From a virus, in IMG/VR virus record IMGVR_UViG_3300030202_002990, positions 18,354 through 82,353 of that record: a stretch of DNA of 64,000 nt; one strand, written 5' to 3'. Position numbers and translations under genes: made by a program. This document shows, in pieces, positions 1 to 10,348 of the stretch. The first letter of the stretch is position 1, and the number at the start of each line of letters is the position of its first letter. The notes under the pieces are model-generated. The model searched no databases, was not told where the DNA came from, and was given only the letters and a program-made list of their open reading frames with translations.

Positions 1-354
1 AACAAATTCACCAGGTTGAAATGTTTTCCAAATGGCAGCCTTACTAATTTTTAAATATTCTACAGGTGTTAAATCTTTAAATAGGGTTTCATATAACTCA
101 TTGTTTTTATCGTCCATGTGGACAGGTCGTTTTTCATAGATAAGAACTGCTATGTGGTATACATTTACGAGTACAAAAACAATATTCCAATTTATCGCCA
201 ACCACATTGGTTCAAGGGGGATGTAAAAATTATAAAATACAGAAAATAAACTTGCTAGTATGGATAGGATTCTAAGGTATAAAATATCCTTTACTAAAAA
301 AGAAAATGCTATTAGACCAAATGCCAGATGTCCTGCTATCGTTGCGATATTCAT
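1..354 (-). CDS. Popeye-domain / cyclic-nucleotide-binding membrane protein (3' end runs off the window; not in ORF track)
   Basis: ATG at 354, open to base 1: MNIATIAGHLAFGLIAFSFLVKDILYLRILSILASLFSVFYNFYIPLEPMWLAINWNIVFVLVNVYHIAVLIYEKRPVHM...LYETLFKDLTPVEYLKI...WKTFQPGEFV. Three TM helices with the 'DILxLR..WN..F..VN' pattern of bacterial POPDC-like proteins, leading into the start of a cNMP-binding fold. Confidence 0.75.
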   Translation of the reverse strand, partial: MNIATIAGHLAFGLIAFSFLVKDILYLRILSILASLFSVFYNFYIPLEPMWLAINWNIVFVLVNVYHIAVLIYEKRPVHMDDKNNELYETLFKDLTPVEYLKISKAAIWKTFQPGEFV

Positions 355-357
355 ACA

Positions 358-774
358 TTAAAACACATCTTCGGCCAATACATCATCTATTGCCGACTTG
401 ATTTCCTTATTACTTAAATCAAGTTCTCCGTCCATATCGGCTTTCCATGTTTCCTTTTTAGAACCATCATAGAATAATGCCATTGATGGAAAGTTTCTAA
501 ATCTAAGTTTCTTAACAACCTTTGGTGCTTCTTCACTCTGTACTCTTAAAATTTCACAATCTTGATATCCACTAACACCTTTGATTAGTTTCTCATCAAA
601 TTCGGTTTCTTGCCATTCTGCTGTAAATACCACAACAACAATTCCACCATTTATTTTTTCTTTAAAATTCTTATCGTTAACACCTTGACCAAATGTCATG
701 GAGAAAAATAATATCAATCCTAACAAATTTCGCATAATGTAACTCCTACTTGTCCTTTTTTCTCGCAACTTCAA
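358..774 (-). CDS. Secreted thioredoxin-fold protein lacking CxxC
   Basis: Signal peptide (likely start MRNLLG), then 'VNDKNFKEKI..GIVVVVFTAEW' and cis-Pro loop 'FPSMALF'. No active-site cysteines after the W. Confidence 0.65.
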   Translation of the reverse strand: MKLREKRTSRSYIMRNLLGLILFFSMTFGQGVNDKNFKEKINGGIVVVVFTAEWQETEFDEKLIKGVSGYQDCEILRVQSEEAPKVVKKLRFRNFPSMALFYDGSKKETWKADMDGELDLSNKEIKSAIDDVLAEDVF

Positions 775-1432
775 CCCTTAAGTTAGCTACAAGTTTTTCT
801 AAATCTTCAATTGCCTCTTCATACTCATCTATTATTTCATAGACGGCATCCATATCTTCTTGTAAACCACCTACTTGTGATTTATATTGTTCATAAGAAC
901 GAGGCCAGTTATGTCCATCTGGTTTGGATGGATACTCATCACCAAATATAGATTCTATAGATGGTGGTTCAGGTAAATTTTTTGCTTCTTCTATTTCTGA
1001 TAGTAACATATAGTAACCACCGACACCTGCTGCTATTACACTAACAAGTGCAATAATGGTCTGAATAGACATTGTAAACTTTGTACCCATAACTTTATCT
1101 TCCGAAAGTTCTATTGGTTCTTCTACTTTTGGTTCTTCTACTACAGGTTGTGGGGTAGGTTGAGCTACAACAGGCTTCGATTCAACTACTGGTTTTGGTA
1201 TGGGTTCTTTGTGAATCTCTTCGTGCTTTTCTTCGTGTTTTTGGGTATCCGAAGAGTGATTCATCATAGCATCGGTGATGTCCTCAAATGTGCAAACACC
1301 CATGTCTACAAGAATCTCACCAAGTGTACCTTTACGACCCTTGACTTGTTCTTGTAAGGCTTTACTTAGTTGTCGTTTTGTGATAACATCTGCATCACAT
1401 AGCAACTGACCTAATTTAACCCCATCACTCAT
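746..1432 (-). CDS. MshEN (c-di-GMP-binding, PilB/GspE N-terminal-type) domain membrane protein
   Basis: Tandem motif KLGQLLCDADVITKRQLSKALQEQ / TLGEILVDMGVCTFEDITDAMMNH matches RLGxxLxxxGxIxxxxLxxxLxxQ. Followed by a Pro/Glu linker, one TM helix and a C-terminal coiled coil. Confidence 0.75.
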   Translation of the reverse strand: MSDGVKLGQLLCDADVITKRQLSKALQEQVKGRKGTLGEILVDMGVCTFEDITDAMMNHSSDTQKHEEKHEEIHKEPIPKPVVESKPVVAQPTPQPVVEEPKVEEPIELSEDKVMGTKFTMSIQTIIALVSVIAAGVGGYYMLLSEIEEAKNLPEPPSIESIFGDEYPSKPDGHNWPRSYEQYKSQVGGLQEDMDAVYEIIDEYEEAIEDLEKLVANLRVEVARKKDK

Positions 1433-1435
1433 ATA

Positions 1436-2023
1436 TTATTCACCTGTATAAAATGTTCCTTCAGGATCCATTCCGATTTCTATATTATCAAAAACCAATA
1501 ATGCTATCTGTAATTCATCTCTATATGGATTGTAGAACTGACCATTGACCACACCTGAGATTTTGTTATCTTTAACTTCTGTTATTTCTGCTTGACCAAA
1601 ATTTGTATAATCAAAACTACCTATAATTTCTAAGTCTATTGTTTTATCCCTATAAACGGTATCTTCAACTCCGTAATTTAAGTACAAACCTTCATCTATT
1701 AAATTATCATTATCCTCACCATCTTTATCATACCATATAGTAGCATAATGTTCTAATTCAGGTAAAACTCTACCAACTTCCCTTTGAAAGTGAAAAACCA
1801 ATAGTTTCTTTATCTTACCATCCTCACCAACTTGTTTACTTCCAAAAGTTGTTATTGAACCATAGTAAGTAAACGGGTCTATTGGGTCACCATTTACCCA
1901 CATTTGCATAGAAGGTTCTATTGTTTCTTCTACTCGTGTGTCTTCACAACTAATAGATAAAATTAAAATAATCCAAACCAATGGATTAAGGTACTTTTCT
2001 TTTATATCAAACCATTTTTTCAT
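1436..2023 (-). CDS. Putative lipoprotein
   Basis: Hydrophobic signal ending in lipobox-like LSISC. Confidence 0.6.
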   Translation of the reverse strand: MKKWFDIKEKYLNPLVWIILILSISCEDTRVEETIEPSMQMWVNGDPIDPFTYYGSITTFGSKQVGEDGKIKKLLVFHFQREVGRVLPELEHYATIWYDKDGEDNDNLIDEGLYLNYGVEDTVYRDKTIDLEIIGSFDYTNFGQAEITEVKDNKISGVVNGQFYNPYRDELQIALLVFDNIEIGMDPEGTFYTGE

Positions 2024-2024
2024 T

Positions 2025-3326
2025 TTAAAACCCCATAAATTGATAATTAATTCCTAATTTGATATCGTATGCTGGTCGTTCCCAATAATACAGATATCTA
2101 CCTTCAGCAAATACTCCAAGATTATCTTTAACCTTTACACCGAATATAGCTCCCATATCATAATCATTCCAATCCGCCCAATTGGGTTCAGAATATTCAA
2201 AATCATATGGTTCATATCCTTCATCTAAATGTTTTTTATATAGTGAAGCATTCTGATAAGAGTATTTGGTGTGTCCGTAATGAACAGGTAACCAATTACC
2301 CCAACCATGTATCCACCAATTATCTGCGTAATGGTAAAAATCCACACCTATTATCAAGGATGTTTCACTCTGATATCCTAAATTCTTTTTCTTTCCATTT
2401 ATATAAGTCTCTAACATCTGTGGAAAATGGTATATGAAATATTCTCTATCTGTGTAGGCAAATATCTTACCATTGGCATCTCTCCACAACCAATCATGTC
2501 CCCAATATTCACCTTGACCATTCCAAAAAGGACCATCACCTTCAACCTTTACCCATTCACCATCTACAAGTTCTAACAACTCATCATGAGTCCAAATAGG
2601 ATTACCATTTTCATCGTATCCCTCTAACATAGATTCATCATACCACATATTGTCATCAACACCGAAGGCATCTTCTGCAAATGCCCACCATGAACCACGA
2701 TACCAAGTCGTGTCCAATACCATAGCATCGAATCCATATACAGGATGTTGTCTATGTTTTAGACCTACACTAAAATGTAGTTTATCATTTAGTACTTCTG
2801 GTGTAAGGTGTAATCTTAAATCTCCGTGAATATAACTAATATCTTCTAATCCTAAATCAGTCATACCAACTTTAGCCATAGCCCAATCACCGATGTATCG
2901 TACCCAATATTCTTGATTGATATATTCGTTACCCCATTGTCTACCTTCAGACAATTTAAGTAAATATTCCCAACCTTTTACAGGTCCGAATGTAGCACTT
3001 TCGTTAGCATTCTGTTCTGAACCATCATACCAAGTCCCACCTTTACCAGCAGACTTAACACCTCTTTTTGGTTCGTATTGAAATCTACCAATCTTTCTCA
3101 GTCCAAATGATGATTGAAAATCAGGTTTTAAATCTCTCTCTGTCCTATCCACCACCAAGTCGCCCGTGCTCAATCCACCAACGATAGCAAACCTATCATC
3201 TTGAAATCGTGGAGCATTTAAACTAAAACTAGCATATGCTGTTGAATATTTTAAAAATTTAAGTATTTCATTTTCAGCCAACAAAGATGAGGTTATAAGT
3301 AAACCTATTATAATTTTCTTTAACAT
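2025..3326 (-). CDS. Putative outer-membrane beta-barrel protein
   Basis: Signal peptide, Trp/Tyr-rich amphipathic strands, C-terminus ...YDIKLGINYQFMGF resembling a BAM beta-signal. Confidence 0.6.
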   Translation of the reverse strand: MLKKIIIGLLITSSLLAENEILKFLKYSTAYASFSLNAPRFQDDRFAIVGGLSTGDLVVDRTERDLKPDFQSSFGLRKIGRFQYEPKRGVKSAGKGGTWYDGSEQNANESATFGPVKGWEYLLKLSEGRQWGNEYINQEYWVRYIGDWAMAKVGMTDLGLEDISYIHGDLRLHLTPEVLNDKLHFSVGLKHRQHPVYGFDAMVLDTTWYRGSWWAFAEDAFGVDDNMWYDESMLEGYDENGNPIWTHDELLELVDGEWVKVEGDGPFWNGQGEYWGHDWLWRDANGKIFAYTDREYFIYHFPQMLETYINGKKKNLGYQSETSLIIGVDFYHYADNWWIHGWGNWLPVHYGHTKYSYQNASLYKKHLDEGYEPYDFEYSEPNWADWNDYDMGAIFGVKVKDNLGVFAEGRYLYYWERPAYDIKLGINYQFMGF

Positions 3327-3379
3327 CTGTTTTCTCCCATTAAGCGATAAATTACACTAATAAATATAAAACTATCCAA

Positions 3380-4465
3380 TTAAACATCAAACCGAACAAC
3401 AAAACTCATAGCTGTTTTGTCATCATTTTTTATTGGTTTTGCTGTTCTACCAACCACTAATAATTCTCCTGCATCATTATATAATCCTATTGTTGTGATG
3501 TACGGTCTGAACTCACTATGTGTTACAAAGTTTTCGTAAAATTGTGTTCCTTCGTATGTTTGATTATATGAACCACTCCCAATACCATCAAGTGGATTAT
3601 CACTCGGTGGGAAAATTGAATCAGGATTTGTACCCTCACCCAATTGGAAACTACCACTTCTTTCAAAAGTTGCACTTACATTGCTTGTAGCATTATGTTG
3701 ACCTGCCTGTGAAGTTACCATATATTCGTGTTGATAAATTGTATGTGTGGCTTGATAATTTAAAGTATACCCATCACTATTTGTACCAGTAAATGCATTT
3801 AGATACTTTGAACCAGTACTTGTCATTACTATTAAACCTTGTTTATAAAAAACATTTCCTAATACATAACTCGAACTAACATCACTCGTAGGTGTGTTGG
3901 TAAAGGAGCTTGATTTAAAAGCTGCATAACTTTGTGAATATGCAAAATCAAATAAATTACCATCTCCGTCATCACGGATATCAGTAGTCATATCACTTAT
4001 ATTATCTAATACACGAACACTCTTTGGTTTGATTCCCTCACCCATCAATTGCTGAGGAATCGTAATTACTGATGCATTATTATGCAATTCTCTAAAACTA
4101 ACATTTGTGTTTGAGTTACCATATGATAAAAATGGTTCAATTTGATTCGTGTGCTTACTAAATTTTGGACGATTGCTAAATCTTTCATAAAACTTGTGAT
4201 TTAACATATAGTATGTTGGAAGGTCATAGAATGTTCCTCCACTATACCAAGTAGATTTTGGTAATGCCATACTTCGAGACATTTGATTAAATGAACCAAT
4301 ACTTTGGGATAGGGCGGAACCTGAATCGAACCCCCTAAAACTCCCACTACTTGCCTTAAGAGCGAACACTCCACTTCCACTATCAGTATTGGTGAAAGTG
4401 AATCGCTTGTGGGTTTTGAAGGGCTCTATAGAAACATCTTGTGGGTGGACATCTCTTAAAATCAT
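3380..4465 (-). CDS. Virion structural protein (baseplate/tail-fibre attachment-like)
   Basis: Ser/Gly/Thr-rich. C-terminal PYITTIGLYNDAGELLVVG...K motif paralogous to the next gene. Within the baseplate module. Confidence 0.6.
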   Translation of the reverse strand: MILRDVHPQDVSIEPFKTHKRFTFTNTDSGSGVFALKASSGSFRGFDSGSALSQSIGSFNQMSRSMALPKSTWYSGGTFYDLPTYYMLNHKFYERFSNRPKFSKHTNQIEPFLSYGNSNTNVSFRELHNNASVITIPQQLMGEGIKPKSVRVLDNISDMTTDIRDDGDGNLFDFAYSQSYAAFKSSSFTNTPTSDVSSSYVLGNVFYKQGLIVMTSTGSKYLNAFTGTNSDGYTLNYQATHTIYQHEYMVTSQAGQHNATSNVSATFERSGSFQLGEGTNPDSIFPPSDNPLDGIGSGSYNQTYEGTQFYENFVTHSEFRPYITTIGLYNDAGELLVVGRTAKPIKNDDKTAMSFVVRFDV

Positions 4466-4481
4466 TCCACTCCCCTATGTT

Positions 4482-5519
4482 TTAGAAGTCAAGTTTGACT
4501 TTGATTAATGCCTCACGAGAATAAGATTTCAATACAGGTTGACTTAACTTGGCTACTGCTAATAGTTCATTACTATTGTTAAACAGACCTACTGTTGTTA
4601 TGTAGACTTTTGGGTCTTTAAAGAAAGTAGGTTGTGTGAAGTCACCAGTAGATGCTGTGAAGAAAGTTGGATTGTTAGAAAAATTAAATTCTTTATTTCC
4701 AGCCCTTACGAAGTAATGTGTAGATGAGAGTTTTTCTTCTCTACGAGCTTGAAAGTATGCTCCACCTTTAACACTACTAAAGAATGCTGGAACATTACCA
4801 CCATCAGTATTTGAAGTTGTATTAACACTTATAGATGCTGACGCGTCTACAATATCAGCGTTTAATAAAATAATACCTAAATCAGGATAGAACAAACCAT
4901 AACCACCACCAGGATTAGATGTTGCTGCTGTGTTTATAGATGTAGTACCACTTGTAATGGAACCAGTAACCACATTAAATACTCTACCACCTATTCCTGC
5001 TTCTGGATCTGTTGTAGAATTACTATCGTCTATCAGTCTAATATTTTCACCAACATTTTTGTTACTACCACTAATACGGAGTTCCCAATTACCTGGATCC
5101 ATCTTTTCTCTCATACGAGCTCTTTTTAATGATAGAACAAAAAAGTGTTTTGAGGTTACCGAACCAGCGTATGTGAATCTATCTCTATTTGGTGGTAATA
5201 ATAAGTTTACAAGTTGTGCGTGAATAGCTGCAGAAGCTCTATTACCAGTTGCTCCCCCAATTGTACCTAATGAACCACTACCTTCTAAGTGTCCATATCC
5301 AAGACTAAATTGGACTTCAGCTTCTGTATCTGATGATGGGTCTGTCTTATACACATCATAATAATACTTACCAGCTGAAGAGCTGTTTGCTGATTGTGAA
5401 AAGAATGTAGTTAGTGTACCAGTTCCACCACTCCATATACCACTTGATATCGTGGCCTTGATATTTTTAACCACATCATTTTCTTGGTCAAATAATTTAT
5501 ATGCTCCTGCTAATGCCAT
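4482..5519 (-). CDS. Virion structural protein (paralog of 3380..4465)
   Basis: C-terminal VYITTVGLFNNSNELLAVAKLSQPVLK...IKVKLDF. Confidence 0.6.
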   Translation of the reverse strand: MALAGAYKLFDQENDVVKNIKATISSGIWSGGTGTLTTFFSQSANSSSAGKYYYDVYKTDPSSDTEAEVQFSLGYGHLEGSGSLGTIGGATGNRASAAIHAQLVNLLLPPNRDRFTYAGSVTSKHFFVLSLKRARMREKMDPGNWELRISGSNKNVGENIRLIDDSNSTTDPEAGIGGRVFNVVTGSITSGTTSINTAATSNPGGGYGLFYPDLGIILLNADIVDASASISVNTTSNTDGGNVPAFFSSVKGGAYFQARREEKLSSTHYFVRAGNKEFNFSNNPTFFTASTGDFTQPTFFKDPKVYITTVGLFNNSNELLAVAKLSQPVLKSYSREALIKVKLDF

Positions 5520-5536
5520 TTTCTAACTCCTAACTA

Positions 5537-6205
5537 TTAAGATGAGACTGGTGAAGCTGGACTTCCAAGTACTGTCTTATTAACAGTAACTGTTATTGTC
5601 TGTGTCGCTCCAGTCTGATTACCCACCACAGTAATTTGTGTTTTCTTCCTATTTGGTGTGGTAAATGTTTGTGGTATTACTCTTGCAGTTAAACCAACTA
5701 CACTTTGTGAGTTTGTTATTTCTTCACTACTCAAATTGACAGGTACTAATGGTGCTGTCTGTCCGGGTGCTGCTTGTCCAATCTGTAGTCTCGCGACTGC
5801 TGTGTCATGTACTAAAAATGTATATCCTAAATCTGCATCTGTTGAATTTAAAGTACCAGGACTCAATAAATCACCATTACCACCACCTTGCTGAAATGTT
5901 AGTGATGGAACAGCGATATCTAAGATTGGTAAACGAGATGTTTCCTTTGGGAGTGAAATTAACTTGTACTTTAATGCTTGTGTTTCATCAGGTACAGGTT
6001 CCAATAGGGGCATGTTCTCGATTACTGCTCCATAAAAATTTGTTCCATTGGGATGTGAGGTATCCCACAAACGATAGTCGACCTCATCGTCTGCTAATGC
6101 GAATTTCGTAACTTGAAATTCATTATTACCACGGGCTAATAACTCACGACCTCTTTTCGTAAGTATCGCATCAACCGTGATTGTGGTATTATTTAAAAAT
6201 CCCAT
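5537..6205 (-). CDS. Virion structural protein (baseplate wedge/tail-collar-like)
   Basis: N-terminal 'DAILTKRGRELLA..F.VTKFALADDEVDY' typical of large-myovirus baseplate/tail-fibre N-terminal domains. Confidence 0.6.
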   Translation of the reverse strand: MGFLNNTTITVDAILTKRGRELLARGNNEFQVTKFALADDEVDYRLWDTSHPNGTNFYGAVIENMPLLEPVPDETQALKYKLISLPKETSRLPILDIAVPSLTFQQGGGNGDLLSPGTLNSTDADLGYTFLVHDTAVARLQIGQAAPGQTAPLVPVNLSSEEITNSQSVVGLTARVIPQTFTTPNRKKTQITVVGNQTGATQTITVTVNKTVLGSPASPVSS

Positions 6206-6298
6206 AATTGTATCTCCTTTAGGACTGAGTAGTTTGGATTTATGTTATAATAAGATTAAAACTTCTTATCTATAAATATAATCAAACTAAATTTTTCA

Positions 6299-9200
6299 TT
6301 ATAATACATCAAGTTTAGATTCACCAGTTTCTTTTGTTACCAATGTAGTTGGTGAAGTTAGTACTACCGTTACAGGATCTAACTTGTCAAGGGTTGTTCT
6401 CTTAGTCTGTTTTGAACCTTGATACACTAATCTAAACATTTGATTGTCTTGATATAAACTTTGTTTATCACTTCTTACAAATGAAGATGAATAAAAATTA
6501 TCTAATGAAGCACTTGCCTGAGTTGTATAAAAATATCTTCTTTCATAATTGTGCTCTGAAGTTCTCGAACCACTTATGTTTGGTTGTAATACTTCTCTAA
6601 ATATATATTCAGGTCCTCCAATAGTAAGGATAAAATCACCATATGTTTCTTTTCCACCACCCCATCCAGCTAATGAAGATGAAAGTATATAAGTGGCTGG
6701 TGACCTAAATATGTCTGTTGATATTGAAGAGGTAAAAGTCAAATACTGACCACCTGATGCGGATGGTGCTGTAGAAAGGGAACCAGTGTAAGTTAGATAC
6801 TGACCACTCTGTGAAAACTGAGCCATTACATCAATGGATTGTGTCAAGGGTAATGTTGAACCACTAACAACTCTACCGAATCCCGCATCTAAATTACCCC
6901 TTACATTCACCACATCAAAATCAGGCGGTGCACCAACTACTTCCTTTCTTCTCTCCAATAAATTTGGCTCTATTAACAATCCAACATTAGCCCTTGCTTT
7001 TGCAGGAATCATCTTTCTTATTTGTTCAAATACACTTGTATCGTAAAATCTTATCAATCTCATATAATCCCAAAAATTATTTGGGGCGTTATATTTTTGC
7101 CAATAAGTCGTTGCTATGTCATCAAGTCTTCTGTATCTTCTCTCGTATTTATCTCTTGGGTCTCCTATATATTGGTCATAATCTAAATCTGCAACACTCA
7201 GTATAATATCTTCATTGATTGAATCGGTAGGACTAAAGTAAACTCCAAGTTTATTACTATCCAATGGTGCTAAATCATACGCACTTAGTTCAGACCTTTC
7301 ATCTACGGCTAAATTACCAAGTAACTTACTATCTTCTATTCTTACTTTATTTTCTACACGAACATTAGGACCCAAGTTCGGAACTTTTGCTTTTTGTTGG
7401 TCTACTAACTTTCTAAAATGTGGACGATTACCACTTGAATATCCATTAGCAGTTCCCTCTGCTGTATAAGATTGGTCTGCACTTGTATCACGAATACTTG
7501 TTGATGAATCTAAATTTTTATCATCATCGAAACTATATCTTAATACCAAATCGGTATATGATGCGGATGGATGGTTTCCATCAAATGCCTTTGGTGCCTG
7601 AACATGATTATCAAACGAACCACTATTAAGTGCAGTATTCCAATAACGAAATTCCATGATACTACCACTAAGTTGATTACCAAAATCATTACTTGGTTTA
7701 CCACCTATATAGGCAGTTTCATTACCAACAAATGCTGAATTGTTACTTGAAGTAGATGTACTACCACTTGAAAATGACTTATAAATAATTCTTGATAGTC
7801 CTGAATCGTAACGACCAACATATAATGAGTATAATATATTTTGTGATGTGGTATCGGCTGTTAATTGTCCAGTCGAACTACCACTATGATGAAATCCACT
7901 ATTTTGTACACTTGCACTCATTCTTGTTAACATTACATTATAAAATTCACCATCATATATTGGTAATGAATCTGAAGAAACCGTCAAATCAGGATTTGCT
8001 CCACCCTCTAAGAAAAATTGTACTGTTCCATAATCATCCACAGAACCATTATCAACCAATCGTAATGCTATGTCTGTACCAGCTTGCCATAATGTTTGAT
8101 TACTTCCACTAGCTGCCCTAAATCTCATCTCAATGGTATCAGGTTTTCTACCACTATTAGTATCATTAGCCCAAGTAGTTTCTATGTATTGACCAGCCTT
8201 AAACTCTGCGGCCTTTGTAAATTTTCTCGTAATTTGAAAGGATGGTTTATTCCTATTTGGATTGGGTCCTCCATACTCTCTCACTCTCAATATACTACTT
8301 GGTATTCCGTAACAATTTATTAAACCTTTGATTGACCTAATAGTACCACGAGTTTTTAAGAAGAAAGGCATGTTGTTTAAAATTCTTTTCCAAATTTCTC
8401 TCGATATATCTTTCTGAGGAGTTACTGACTGAACAGAATATTCTGAACTCGAACCAGTAACATCGGCACCAATTAAATAGTTTGGTAAACTCACAAGGTC
8501 TTGACCATCGTTTAGATAAAATCCAAAAGACCTTCCCACTTGAAAAATTAAGTCTCTTGATAATCCAACATCTAATCCATCCCTTCTATCATGTACAGCG
8601 GGAATTTGGTTTATATATGACCATATACCATCGAAATGTTCACCAGTCATATTAATAAATGTTGTAAAGGCATCATTTCTTTCATCATCTTTTATGTGGT
8701 TTGGTATATTTTCCAATAGTCTATCACGATTTTCTCTATCATAATTAGAACTACTTATAATCTGACCACTATACCAATCTACAGCAACAGATTCGGAAAC
8801 CGAATATAAAACATATGGACTAAGTGATGTACCCTCTCCACTTTTCTTAGGCCATGTGTTATCATGAAATTCACCAAGTGAACCACTCGAATAACTCGAA
8901 GATTCGAAATACATATATTTTTCAAAGGTAGTAAAATTATTTTTAATCTCACGGACATTATCTTGTAATGATTGAGTAAAAGTTGCAGTTTCTTGACCCA
9001 ATACACCACTCAAAGAATCACTTTGACTTGTAAAAAGTTCTATCTTATCCAACTTATATTTAAAGTTAACTAATCTATCTTCAACAGAACTAAACTTTGC
9101 AAAATTTTCAAATTGGGAATAATCTATACCATCCAATTCAATACTTTCATTGAAACTACCACTAATAACTTTATCTTCAATAATTTCTTGGATAGTTTTA

Positions 9201-10348
9201 TTTGATGTTACAATTTCATTGTAGGTTTTGTAATTTGATTCATTTTGATTTAATGCTCCATCAGAATGTAAACCAGCATCCCATTTAGGGTTTCTTAAAA
9301 CAACATCTTCTATTTCTTCATCTGTAAAATCTACTAACTCCACAGTTTCCAATACAGGAGATGACATCTGTTTACAAATATAAACTAAATCATCTTTTGA
9401 TATATTATCAGGTAAAGGTTCGTATAATTTGTAATTAATGGCGTAGGGAAAATTATTAAATTTTTCTCTGTCCTCTATCTGATTTATAATTAAAGAACTA
9501 CCATTCTCCCCATGTTTCATGTATGTATATAAATCTTGTCTTACAGGAGTATCAACATACCAAGTATCAAATTTTGTTTGTAAATTAACTTGAGTAGGTC
9601 CTATATGTTCAACCTCGGTTGCACCTACACTCCAAGTTTTATCCGTACTAATTGAATCTTGATTGTGAACATCAGTTATAGTAGCAACATAATTTTCATA
9701 AATAGGAACTTCTCGGTCTTGGTCTGTTGGTAAAAATTTTGTTTCTTGATTACCAAAATTAATCCAAGTACCTGGTGGGTCTTTCCACACATACAACTCA
9801 CCATTTATTATAGCCTGCTGTCCTACAAAATCTGCAGGTTGTGGTAAATCATCAACACTATCAAGTTGAAGAGGTGCTACAGGATCTAAACCACTATCAG
9901 GTGGGTTTTCTTGTAACCTAGCTAGGTCTATTTCAATACCATTTATGGCATCTTGTAAATCACCTTCGGATAAACTTGACCTCGCTGCACTTCTTGGTGG
10001 TGGACTACTTAGTTCTGCATTTAAATCACCGAGTTGTCCTTCTAAATCTGATATCTTTTCACCTGTACTTGGTCTATTTTTTTGAAAGGTTACTCCAAAT
10101 GCTGGGTCACCTATGAGTGCGGTTGCTAGTGTACCGATTGCCGCATCTTGTAATTCAAAACCTAATTGGGCTAAGGCATCAATTACTAAACCAAACTTTC
10201 CTCCGTCTTTTGGTTTTTCGGTTTTCTTTTGACCATCACCAGCTCCACCACTTCCACCTGATGGTTCGACACCATCTCCACATGCACCCATTCGTGGGAC
10301 TATTGTTTGGTGATTACCACCCCAATATATAATTCTTTTATTCTTCAT
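6299..10348 (-). CDS. Large baseplate/tail protein with LamG/concanavalin-like domain
   Basis: 1349 aa. 'KTRGTIRSIKGLINCYGIP' wedge/tail-I-like motif and LamG-like 'YIGG...LSGSIMEFRYWNTAL'. Confidence 0.6.
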   Translation of the reverse strand: MKNKRIIYWGGNHQTIVPRMGACGDGVEPSGGSGGAGDGQKKTEKPKDGGKFGLVIDALAQLGFELQDAAIGTLATALIGDPAFGVTFQKNRPSTGEKISDLEGQLGDLNAELSSPPPRSAARSSLSEGDLQDAINGIEIDLARLQENPPDSGLDPVAPLQLDSVDDLPQPADFVGQQAIINGELYVWKDPPGTWINFGNQETKFLPTDQDREVPIYENYVATITDVHNQDSISTDKTWSVGATEVEHIGPTQVNLQTKFDTWYVDTPVRQDLYTYMKHGENGSSLIINQIEDREKFNNFPYAINYKLYEPLPDNISKDDLVYICKQMSSPVLETVELVDFTDEEIEDVVLRNPKWDAGLHSDGALNQNESNYKTYNEIVTSNKTIQEIIEDKVISGSFNESIELDGIDYSQFENFAKFSSVEDRLVNFKYKLDKIELFTSQSDSLSGVLGQETATFTQSLQDNVREIKNNFTTFEKYMYFESSSYSSGSLGEFHDNTWPKKSGEGTSLSPYVLYSVSESVAVDWYSGQIISSSNYDRENRDRLLENIPNHIKDDERNDAFTTFINMTGEHFDGIWSYINQIPAVHDRRDGLDVGLSRDLIFQVGRSFGFYLNDGQDLVSLPNYLIGADVTGSSSEYSVQSVTPQKDISREIWKRILNNMPFFLKTRGTIRSIKGLINCYGIPSSILRVREYGGPNPNRNKPSFQITRKFTKAAEFKAGQYIETTWANDTNSGRKPDTIEMRFRAASGSNQTLWQAGTDIALRLVDNGSVDDYGTVQFFLEGGANPDLTVSSDSLPIYDGEFYNVMLTRMSASVQNSGFHHSGSSTGQLTADTTSQNILYSLYVGRYDSGLSRIIYKSFSSGSTSTSSNNSAFVGNETAYIGGKPSNDFGNQLSGSIMEFRYWNTALNSGSFDNHVQAPKAFDGNHPSASYTDLVLRYSFDDDKNLDSSTSIRDTSADQSYTAEGTANGYSSGNRPHFRKLVDQQKAKVPNLGPNVRVENKVRIEDSKLLGNLAVDERSELSAYDLAPLDSNKLGVYFSPTDSINEDIILSVADLDYDQYIGDPRDKYERRYRRLDDIATTYWQKYNAPNNFWDYMRLIRFYDTSVFEQIRKMIPAKARANVGLLIEPNLLERRKEVVGAPPDFDVVNVRGNLDAGFGRVVSGSTLPLTQSIDVMAQFSQSGQYLTYTGSLSTAPSASGGQYLTFTSSISTDIFRSPATYILSSSLAGWGGGKETYGDFILTIGGPEYIFREVLQPNISGSRTSEHNYERRYFYTTQASASLDNFYSSSFVRSDKQSLYQDNQMFRLVYQGSKQTKRTTLDKLDPVTVVLTSPTTLVTKETGESKLDVL

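Noticed and set aside
358-774. Second selenoprotein or active thioredoxin
   Set aside because: No CxxC, CxxU or in-frame TGA at the active-site position.
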